Below are positions 12,870-24,900 of a DNA stretch of 64,000 nucleotides, piece by piece. Below the pieces are notes generated by a model, which was given only the letters and a program-made list of their open reading frames with translations, made no database searches and was not told the DNA's origin. This DNA comes from Tubulanus polymorphus (Eukaryota; Animalia; Nemertea): NCBI RefSeq assembly GCF_964204645.1, contig NC_134035.1, forward strand, positions 6,014,001 through 6,078,000, written 5' to 3'. Position 1 is the first letter of the stretch. The number at the start of each line of letters is the position of its first letter. A program made the translations under genes and the position numbers.

Positions 12870-15800
12870 GTTGTTGGATAAATTATTAGTCGTCTGTCCG
12901 AACGTCGATTATTGCGAAGAGGTTTTACCGCGTAGCGATTTAGAAGCGCATTTACAACATAGGTAAACATGATATCAGCTCATTTCAGTGTTGCCAGAAA
13001 ATTTCCAGATATCCGGAAATCGAAACTTTCAACAAAAAAATTCGCGGAAATTTTCTGCCATTCTACTTCGTCTAATAAACGATTTTCACTGAAGTTGTTT
13101 TTGTTTTTATTCATGAGCGATAGTTTAGTCGGCATAATCCCGTAATCCTGCAAAAAACCGCTCCGTTCTAAGACGTTGCTATGTTGTCATCATCTATTCA
13201 TAAGCATTACAAAACAATGTAGGTGGCGCCACCTTGCGGACTGAAAAAGCCGTTTTTATGCATTACGGAATGGGGAACGACGATCTTGAATTTGATTTCC
13301 GGAAATATTATGGCTAGCTGCTGGCAACACTGTCTTTTAAACCGCGACAATTCTCTTTCTAATCTTACGCGCGGTAGTCTGAAAAGAAAGTGGAAGAACG
13401 TCTACTAGAAATTCAAAATTCGATCCTAAAAGTTAAATCTACCGGTATGCGCAAGATGATTTGATGTATGATTTATGTTTATTATTTATTTACAGGTGTC
13501 GAGGTGCTGTAATAGAATGCGTGAAGTCGCATTTAGGTTGTACATTCCAAGGACCACGCAGTGCCTTACAAAGCCATCTATGGGAATGTCCGTTCAAAGA
13601 TGAAAAAACTGGTGAGTGCCTAATAATCCCGACTGGCGGTACGAAGAAAGAATAGATCTATTCGTTTGAAATATATACGATGGATTGAATAATGAGGCAG
13701 GGCCCTGTAGGCATCGGGGCGAATTTATAGCCGCGATCACACGGAAACGAATTGGCCCGGGCCAAATTGGCACTAATCAGAGAGCGCACTCACTCACAAA
13801 CCATTCACTCGATACTGAACAATACTCAAACAAAGCGAAGTGGACCATTTCCGGTGACAGTTGCAATTCAAACGCAATCATTTGTCTCATGCTAAAATTG
13901 GGCTCGGGGCCTGGCCTGGCGTTTTTGGTCGGGCCTAACGGGCTCGGGCCCATTTGGCACCTGTGTGAACAGTTCTTCCGGACCAAAAATGCTTGTGTGA
14001 TCGCGGCTTATCATTAAACTGTAAAACGTTCTTCGGTGGAGTTATATTCTCGTAGATATTTGCCGCACATCCTCTCATTTGACTCAATAATATACGACCG
14101 GCAGCTGTTGGGTCTCATGTGTTTGATGAACTCCATGCCTGCCCTAACATCGAAGTATCAAACATCCTGGGCGAACTTCGGTTATCAGAGTTAGTCGACT
14201 ACAGTCGAACTAAACGAACTAACCGAATGTCAGTTAGTCGGGACTAGAGTCCGGAAATGGATAGAGTGCAGTCGCTGTAGTTCGGACTTAGTTTCAACAT
14301 GGCCGACGCAGTCAAATGTGCTACGACTGAACTATAGCGCGTTCGTTTATTAGTTCGAAAAACCGAAGTTCGCCCTGAGTACTCGTTGAGTACTCATATA
14401 CCTGTGAGTCAAATACACTAACTCTTGATTCCTCGGTTCCGATGAAGCTCAAATTATACACAATGTAATTTCGTAATGCGCTTCACAAGTGAATGGATAG
14501 TAACTGTAATGATCGTGATAATTAGGTACTTTTCACGTTTTATCGTAAAATAGTGTCGTGTTTTTGTTGTGTTATTAAGGGGGGGGGCAATTAATGAAAT
14601 GATTGATGGAATATATATGAATGACTGGTCTCGATAAAACCTCGCTTCAAAACGAAACGATTTTTATCTGGATTCGTCAACAATTTCGAATTATTTAGGT
14701 CATCGAAATGTGGAATATCATTAATTTCCTAAATGGTATTCCTAGTTGTATAAATCATTACCGGTAAATGATGCTGGAAAGTGATGTAATATCGGTATCC
14801 ACAAACTATACTCGACACTCCAGACAGAACCTGTTTTTGGGGACATTAGCTCAGCCCCTTGTTATATGCACCACCTGTATAACGTAAGAACCATAGTTTT
14901 GAGATCAGCAATGCAGCCCCTAGCATTCCCACACTCCAAATGTTTTGGACCCGAAGTTTGATTACTTTCATCCAGCTCCCAGACTGATAACGATAAACAT
15001 CCCTAAGATTAGATATTACTTTCAATAAATTTAGCTCTTCTCTCTCTGTCTCTACTGAAGCTACTTGATTCTATAGATGCTGCTGCTGTTGCGTAAAGTA
15101 ATATATTTCTAATGGCCTATTTCTCCACCTTTTAGTCTCGAAGTGCTATGAAATAATCCTAAAATTTCAAAATGTCCTGGGACTGGTTGCATAGTCACGG
15201 CTTAGACTTAAGACCGGTCTAAGAGCAACTTACTTCTATAGCCGATCTCAACATTAGACCAGTCTTAAGATTCAAAAGCGCTTTTGGACGTAACTCACGA
15301 CTGTGCAACTGGGCACTGGGGTTGATCCCCCAGACTTCTGTATTGGCCTCATGTTTGCTGTGTTTGATACAGGAAGAGCCCTTGTTTCACGAAAGTGCCC
15401 TTAAGCGTCGAGCCCTAACCCTAGATGAGCGCGCCTGCTAATCTGTATGCAGCGGCTAGTTTTCACTCTATAACCTAACGTTAGTAAAACGTATACAAGA
15501 AGGCAGCGGCGGCAGCTTCTATAAAATCATTCTTCATCTAGGCATCATTCAAACTCAATAGTATTGATCTGGCAAACACAATACGTGAACTGTTTACTGT
15601 GAGCTGAGGGGCTCGTCGTGTACGTGTGAGCGTGTGTCGTATGCCTGCGTTGTGAGTCCGTGTCTGTGTGTGTACGCACTGAGAGCGAGTGAGCTAGCGA
15701 GCGCGATACTCACATCTCACTGTTATATAGCATAGGAATTACTCGTATCACTCTCACCGTGTGAAAAAGGTAAGATTTCTATCCTTTCTTCGAATTCCTG

Positions 15801-18800
15801 AAAACTATTTCGATCGATTTCATTCAAGATTAACTGAATAAAGTCGGCTGGTGACAATAGTAAATTGTCGCGGACGTATTTTTGAAAATGCCGAGATAAA
15901 CGTATACTTTAACTCAGTTATATGTACGCATTCACTTGAGTCTCGTTCTGCAGGGATTCCAACCTTATTATCTCCCCTTCAATCCTTGTATATTAATTGA
16001 CTCTTCTAATCTCTAGGGGATTCCAACGAACAGCCCCTGGTGGTACGGATTGGAATATAACGTTTCTATAAAATATTAACTCATATTTCTCAAGCTCTTA
16101 TCTTGATTTCGTTTAATCAGATTATAACCCTGAGCCCAGTTTTACAGACTTGCATTACCTTTAACCCAAGGGTTAACTCAATTCGTTATCAATTGAAAGG
16201 TAACGTCAGTCTGTAAAACTGGGCCAAGGGTTGTATATCGAGGCGTATTCGGAATGATGAAGAATTATATCTTGTAGGTGATAGTGATCATCATTATCGC
16301 TTTTTTTTGCGGTATCGATTAGATTTTGTCATGGGTTCAGTTTCACTAACACCAGCCACTGTCGATTTACGATAAACTGAACTAATGAAGAAATTGAATC
16401 GATTTAACAGTTAAACCTGCGAACCTGAATTATTTCCAACTGTTTTTTTATTCGATATTCAAATGTTGATCTCACGAATATGACGCCAACACTCTCAAGC
16501 CCCGAATCGAGTTTCGATTTTGACCCGGCCCGCGAGTTATTCGTTCCGTTTATATATGTTTGAACTAACAATGAAAGTTGAGTTTGACAAAAGAGATTTT
16601 AAAGATTCATACGCGGCGTCTGTTTTCTAAGATACGTTGTTTATTGTGTGGTTATTGAATACGACCATGTGGTCTATTATTGAATGTCTAGGGATATATT
16701 TCCTCACCTCACAGGAATTAATATCTGATTACGGCCCCCCCCCCCCCCCCCGGCCGCTACAAGAATGCTAAACCTTTGAACTATGTTATTACGAGATAGA
16801 TTAGCGGAAGATGTAGCTTTGATTAGATTAGGTTTAATTCTCAGCTTGATTCGATTCATAGAAGTTGCACCGGTTAAGATTTTAAGGAGTCTTTATTGAC
16901 CATTGAATGAATGAGGGGTTTGAGCTATGGCCACAGAATTATCAGCTTTAAGGTATCAAGGGATTATATAATAATACATATATGAATTTGTGTTAGAGCA
17001 GTAAACATTGAATAGCTCTAACAAGTAAAACCCGCAGATGATATTAAAACTTAGATAAACTCCGAAACTGCCAGATAATGAATGCTTGAATATTGACTGT
17101 GGGTTTTTAATTGTTAATTCTAAATACTGAGATTAATATCAGCCTTCAAGTCATTAAGTAGTTAAGTAGCGCTAACCATAGCACGCCACACAACTATAAC
17201 TCTCAACTCCGGTTCAGGTCACCGGTGACATCACTGGTTACCATTGCCGACCCTAACCCTAGGTCGAGGGACCAGTGACATCACTGGTACTCGGTACTAG
17301 AAGCCAACACTTACCCTAGGTAAGGTGACCAGTGATATCATAGCTACTCAGTACTAGTAGCTAACCCTAACCCTAGGTCAGGTGACTGTTGGAGGGTGCC
17401 ATATTAATAGGCAAGCCAAATCTTAGCTTACACGTAAAAAGAAGTGGCCTTGATATCCTTTTGTAAACAAACTCGGTTTTGTTACTGAACAGACGAACTA
17501 CTAGCAGTTTCACTGGATCAGATGAAACTTATCACAACAATTGATGAGAAAAGCAGGATTGAAATAGATAGAATTGTTGTTATTATCATGAATACCTCGT
17601 GTGCGTTATGTTTATCACCGTTTCATGTGGATTTCTAGTGGAAATAAACTCAGTTTCAGCCTCCACCACCTCCACCCTCCCTTTCCCGTCTCGTTGAGCC
17701 AGGTATGATATTAAGTGCTTCAGGTTGATTACATTATTTACTCCGGTTCGTTCCGAGTCGAGTTTGAACGGAAACATAACGCGAGCAGACGACCGCATAC
17801 AAAAAACCTCCCGACTCAAATACGCGTTGCTATGGCGACTGGAGGAGATATTTACTAAGCGTCATCGCCATAGCGATTGTTAATTGTATATTATCGTTAG
17901 CGTAGCGTTTACTCGATTACTGCATGTTTTTCCGATATTCAACGGCGGCAATTAATTTTCAATCGGAGTATCGCGTTTTTCAATTTATCTCTTCATTAAA
18001 TTTTCAATTCTCTCATGCGTCGCACGAGAACTGATTAAATATGAATCTAGTTTGTAACATTGCTCGAGACCCAGCGTGCGTGCGCAAAGCGAGATCCGAA
18101 ACACGATTGAAACAGAAACATGGTATCGGTGGATTTCGTAACTGTGCGCACCGCTCCGAAACAGGATACATGAAACATGGTTTCACTGGACACGATAGAA
18201 ACATCGAAACGCTTAAACGCGAGCGCAATTAGCGCGATCAAATTTTGCATACAAACCCTGGTATGTTAATTTAAAATAACCTACAAACTTTTCTGAAAAA
18301 GTTTAGCTATTGCTCTGATAGATATTGGGCTGTGAAGGTTGGAATATAGTAATATTTGAATCACTCAATCCTGTCAGCGCTGAAAGGGTTAATATTACAC
18401 CACACCGTATGAAGCAGAGCTGGGCTGGGCTGCTGTGTTGGGCTGGGCTGGGCTGGGCTGGGCGGGGCCAGTCAATATCATTTCATCAATAACAGCGATT
18501 AGGATCGACTGTAGTTTGACTTCGTGTACGTATTTATCTATCGAAGATAGTTTTTTCCGGATAAAGCGTGTTTTATGCATGCGCTGTATTACTGTATATG
18601 ATGGAGGTGACAGCTGGCTGATGGGTATACAAACACATGTACAGATCATGGTGATTATTAATGTACGTTTTTATTTCTACTCCGTATAAAGAAAAACAAC
18701 TATTGTAGACGATTGTTGTTGCGCTCTGTCGATACTATTCATAAATACTACAACGAAATTACTATTTACGAACACATCTGATATTTGCCGATTTTTTACT

Positions 18801-21800
18801 ACGCGTCAACTGCAGGTAAATGATATAGTCCCACAATAGATTTTTATGCGATAAAATTTCATAGATCATCATCGGATGCAATCTTCGGATGCATTGACAT
18901 GAATTGGAATTCTATATTTTGTGCTGTGGTAAATTTGAACAGAATTGACGCGAGACAGTGGGTTTACGTCTAATCAGTCGGGTCTACGTCTCTAAGCGTC
19001 GTTGTGATATCAGTATTCTCGTTGTGATATCAGTATTCTGCCGTGTTGAGTTTCTATCTTATATCGATGTCAACCATCATCATCACCATCGCTCACTGAC
19101 TCGCCGCTGAGGCAATCTACTCAACTACAAACGATTATATTATTCGCGTCACTAGGTCATCAGAGCATGGCTCTATCAGCGGAGCTCTACCAGCGGAGCT
19201 CTACCAGTGCATCTCTACTGCTCCAACATCTCTTACCGCTCTGAGATCTCGTTCCAATTAATCAATGAATATTCTAAACTGACATCATCCTGATAGCATG
19301 TTCCCTGTAGTTCTGTGATACTGTATGCATTCCTGTCACACTGACAGGTCACTGACAGTGCATTACCCATATTCCTGTCACACTGACAGCCCATCCCCAG
19401 TATTCCTGTCACATTGACAGCTGTATTCCTGTCACTGAAAGCGCATTCCATGTATACATGTCTTACTGACAGCGCATTCCCTGTATTTCTGTCATACTGA
19501 CAGCGTGTTCCCTGTATTCATGTTACACTGACAGCATGTGAGTTCCCTGTTTTCCTGTCTCACTGGCAGCACAATTGCTATATTTGTGTTGATATTATTT
19601 GTATCACATAGGCGACTTACTGGTGCCTCATGTTTTTAGACCTCTCTGTCTCTGATTGATGACATTAGTGCGTATCTAGATATATTGTCTTGTCAGTGAA
19701 TGATTGAGAAATGTCACCGGTAATCACAGTTTGATGTTGTTCGGTGTTAACGTTCGATGTGATAGGACGAGGTAATCCTCGGGGTAAGCCTTACGGGATG
19801 AGGCAATCCTCGGGGTAAGCCTTTTGGGACGAGGCAATCCTCGGGGTAAGCCTTACGGAATGAGGCAATCCTCGGGTAAAGCCTTATGGGATGAGGCAAT
19901 CCTCGGGGTAAGCCGAACAAGACGAGGCAATCCTCGGGGTAAGCCGAACAGGACGAGGCAATCCTCGGGGTAAGCCGAACAGGACGAGGCAATCCTCAGG
20001 GTAAGCCGAACAGGACGAGGCAATCCTCGGGGTAAGCCTAACGAGATGAGGCAATCCTCGGGGTAAGCCTAATAGGACCAGACAATCTTCGGGGTAAGCC
20101 GAACGGGACCAAACAATCTTGGGGGTAAGTCGAACGGGATGAGGGTTTAGTGGAAGTTTGATTCGGGGGATCTCTACATAAGGTCGCTATTGTTGTCGTA
20201 AGATCCAACATCAAACATTGTCATAGGCTGTTCCCGTGGCTTTAGCAGATGGGAAAACAATGTTCATGCTGACTTCATACAGAGGACGTAAAAACGATAA
20301 AAGCTTGTCTTAGATTTTGAAATTCGATTTGTTTTAGAAAGAAAAAATTATATCGGGGCCAATTCAGTTCTCGGCTTAAACGAAAATTCCTTGCCAAAAG
20401 TGAGAGTGAAGAATTGAGTTTGAGTTAGGGATATGGATAAAGCGAAAGAGTTATATGAAGAAATAGAGATAATGATATGGATTAATTGAGATAGTGATAT
20501 GGATAGAGCGAGATAGTGATATAGAGAAATTGAGATGGTGATATGGATAAAGCGAGATAGTGATTATATGGAGAAATTGAGATATGGATATATAGCGATA
20601 TGGATAGTGTGAGATAGTGATATAGTAGGATAGATAGCAATAGTGAATTATGAAAGTGAGATGGTAATGATAGTGAGATAGTAATGATCGTAGTTAGGAA
20701 ATTGTGGTTCAAAACATCTCTGAAAATGCAGGCAATATTGATATGGAATAATTTCACGCATTTAAAAGTATTCGTCGACGAAAAGGAAATCTCTGTATTT
20801 TTGATTCGAAATTAATTCCGTTACCGTTCTCTGCTGCTGTTACCGGCCGCGCTACAAGTTTCATCGCTCAGATTGTAGCGTACTCGCTTGCCACAGATCA
20901 CTCGTCGATCAAGAGTAAAAGTCAACGATGAGATGAGTGCATTTTACGAATAAATAATTTCTATCGTCCGTGAATAGCGACTGCTGCTGCCGCTGGTGCT
21001 GTCCTCGTAGTTCGATACACTAGCTCTGTCTCTCTCTCTCTCATCTCAGACATGTTGACGTGTTGAAGATACCCGAGCTAGCGATCAAGCTCTTCATGCT
21101 TTTCTCTCTCTCTCTCTCTGTCGCGTTGTGCTCTGATTGGCGATAGAAAAAAAACCGTTCAAACTGGGAAAATTAAAGCAACTAGTCGCAATTATGGGTT
21201 TGAAGAAATTGTCGCCGAAGTCGAAATCGAAACCTAAAAAGGAGAACGGGGATTATACTAGATTGAAGGTATTGAGGAATCCACGAGATGGTGAGTATTC
21301 CAGCTGCTGCTGCTGCTGCTGCTATTCCAGGGCATTGACTGCATTGAGTTACAGACAGACCTGATTTCTATTTGACAATTACTATTTGAGAGTGTAGTTT
21401 CTATTCTCGTTAAGAGCTCAACTATACTGATATCGCTGTACTTTCAGAATCGGAATAATTTCTTGTCATTTTCAATTGAATCACTGATTCGTTGATGCGC
21501 AATCACAGAACTACGTAGAATTCCAGTTATCGGGTAGTCTTGTTCGGGTCCGAGCTGGGTAAACCTTAAGTCGACGGAGACTCAGAGGACAGTTTAACAA
21601 AAAAACGTTTAACTCTTAAATTCATTCAATTGAAATCAGTTATTTACTGATTGTCAGTAAAATAGATAGGAATTGTTTTCATTATGTTTGTAACTCATAA
21701 ACAAAATATATAAATCCATTGAAGATGATATACTGCAGGAGGGGCTCATGATTTCATCAGTTTTGTCAAAATAAAGATTTTTTTAGTGATTCCCTATTTT

Positions 21801-21916
21801 ATAGGTTAGTGTGAATGAAATAGCCATTGTATATAATCTGTTTATTTATTTATATTCTGGGGACCAATATGCCTGAAAGGGCGGGCATTGTCAAATTATG
21901 AGTCATCAGGCTTAGT

Positions 21917-21954
<38 letters not shown>

Positions 21955-24900
21955 GGGAACAATTCCTATTCTATTAAATTTACATGGAGATTTAAGTTTA
22001 ATTCGTCGGAGCATGTGATTAAGTTTTGAGACATTCCCTCGGAGAAGTGAAGCACAGAGATTTCAAGATTTAGTTTACCGGTTCAAGATTCAGTTTACCG
22101 GTGAAACTAACTAGATAAGGATTACTGTCATTCGTATTAAACCGATTGCAAATTAAATCATCGAGGATTATGGGATATTACGCTGGAAGTAAGACTCTTT
22201 AGTTTCGATGTACCGGTGGTGTTGTTTTTCTGAAGAGCTGGTGCCAGTCACGAGTGGCTTAGAACGGGACGGGACCACGAAATGCTTCGAAGAAACGCTA
22301 TCCAGTGTTGTAACGATAAAGTAGAGAATCCCACACTGATAAAACGAAAGATGAAGTCCGTAAAAATTCCTATGTAGCTGATGTTTTATTCATTTCTGAA
22401 GATGACTGTTAGGTTATAGTCGAAACGTCGAATGAATAAGAACATCAGCTTTATAGGAAGCTTTTCATCTTTCATTTTATCAGTGTGGGATTCTCTACTG
22501 CTTAGCTTTTAGTTGAGTTTTGATGAGTAGTTAAGCATTTCTCTGACCAGTTTCAAGCCGCCTTATATAGTGCCAGTCGTATAACGTATATTTTTTAAAA
22601 GAAATTAAGCTCGCCGGAACAGTAGATTTCGCTTTTACTGGTAACGTGTTTAACTGTTCGGCGATAATAGTTTTAGGGACGAAACAATGTGAATATTGAT
22701 GATAATGATGTGACAAGTTGGATTAGAAATTCTCTATGATTTTGTCGCTGATGCTGTTTGGTGGTGATAATGTATCTCGATATTTTTGCTAATGTTTGGT
22801 AGTGGTGATGATGTGATGATTGAATTATCATCCCACTCTACGTCCATTTACACATTAACACTGTCCCTCGATATGAAGGCGTCGTCAATATGAATTCGGT
22901 ATAATTGATTCGTACTGATTTTACCGGCATAAACTTCGATGAAATCGCTCTTTATCAAAAGCTCTGGCGTTAGTACTAGCCGATGTTCTGATAGATTTAT
23001 CTCATTGCCGTGCAGTTTATATCACGACAGTGCTCGGTACTGATCTTTATTTTGAGATCGATTTAACATTAGTTCAGTAAATCGATGCAGTTATTCCACT
23101 TGGCGATCAGGCTGATAAACTTGATGCTACTATATTTTAGGCTCCCAAACTCCAATTATTATGGTATGAGCCGCCAGAAGGATATATAACATTGATTAAT
23201 CGATGTTTGGTAAAGTTTTCATTGATGATCGATTTACATTGAAAAAAATCGACTCAATTTCAATTGAAAATGTAGAAATTATTGAACTGATGATGTCTCC
23301 GGACATCTACTGGCAAACCTGGTGGATCCTCACTTTGTGCAGTAGCGTAAACAAGCCCCATTACTGAAAGTTAAAACAGAATTAGGATTCAGTGTTGCTG
23401 AACTAGCGTTTTAGATAGCGTGGCGTAGGGTCCGTCGAAAACTACGGTGAAAATATGGTTATAAACAGCCTTCTGATAATAATAACAAATTGTTCGCTTC
23501 AATCTCTTCAATTGTGTCTAATGTTTTATATTCGCATCTGTTTCTAGTTCTTCCAAAAATGCCCGTAATGGAGGGCGAAGTAACGACTATTGAAATACCA
23601 CGCGGTTGTTATGACTTCGGAATGGCGATTGTCGGCGGAGTCGATACCCCTTTAGTGAGTCATCGTGAAATATTTAAAAAGTTTTTCCCAATGACGGATG
23701 CAATTTCGTGGATGAATTTAACTCATGTATCCCACGTTTCAAACCGGAGACGTTCACCCGGGTTCAGGTAGTTGTGTATTTCTCAATTCAGATGTGCGTT
23801 CTGATTCAGGAGATTTTTCCAGAAGGTGTGGCTGCTAAAGACGGCCGTTTGCGACCAGGTGACCAACTATTAGAGGTAATTATATCCTGACCCTTCTTTA
23901 AACGGTTCCTCAAGTATTTTCAGTATTTGTTATTATTTGTGAGTGTCAAGCACTATTATAATAACAGTGCATTTTAGAGATGTCATGTGTTGGTTTTTAG
24001 TTAATTATATGGTAAAATTAGTAATCATTTAGTATAGTATAGTTACTGTATGTTCAGTTTAGCTTGATTCACTTGAGCAAATGAGAACTGCCCCAAATGT
24101 TACTGATTTTCAGTATTTGTTTCTGTTTGTCCTGAGAAATGCTTGATATGTACAGAAATATGAATGGCGTAACCGAGGGTGTGACCCCCTTGATTACTGA
24201 TTAATGTATGAGTATTGATTTACATATCTCAATTAATGTTCCTGAAATCATTTAAAATGTTTCATATTTCTAGGTGAATGGAGTGGATTTGACTCAGGCG
24301 TCGCACGAAGACGCCAAGCGGTCACTATCACAGATGTACCCGATTTGTCGCCTGACAGTTTACAGGGAAAAGGCGGAAGAAAATCATCCAATAGAGAAAG
24401 AAGGTGAGCTATAGTACGACTGGGCCTGCTGAGCAGGCTGAGTAGACTGGACCTGATGAGTAGCTGGCTTGCCGGGGAGTTTTTGGATTATTTCAACTGC
24501 ATCTATCTTTCTTATTTGTAGAAATACTTCGTATAGGATTGACGAAGGTTCCCGGTCGACAACTAGGTATCAAATTAGTCGGCAAGAAGTAAGGAAATAC
24601 TGATAAATGTTAGAACCCACTCGATTCCGATCATTTGAGACCAATAACATTCATCCAGTTTGTGAGAAATCCGGTTTAAACTTCATATACTACATACCGG
24701 GTACATTTATGTGTAGGCGGACCTTTGATGATATGAGGATAAGATGAAAATGTGGTCTCAACTGATCTGAATAAAGCCTGTTAGACTGTTGTACTTGTAA
24801 CAATTGAAATGGAACGTGTTCAGATATTTCATTCTGTTTTCTAATTGTTTATAGAAATGGTCCCGGTGTTTACATACTGAGTTTAGTGAGTACTTTAATT

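Noticed and set aside
15187-15198. TTGCATAGTCAC matches the 5' end of miR-153
   Set aside because: The match stops at 12 nt and lies within a MITE terminal repeat.
19747-19992. Repetitive 81-aa ORF
   Set aside because: Translation of the 31-bp minisatellite.
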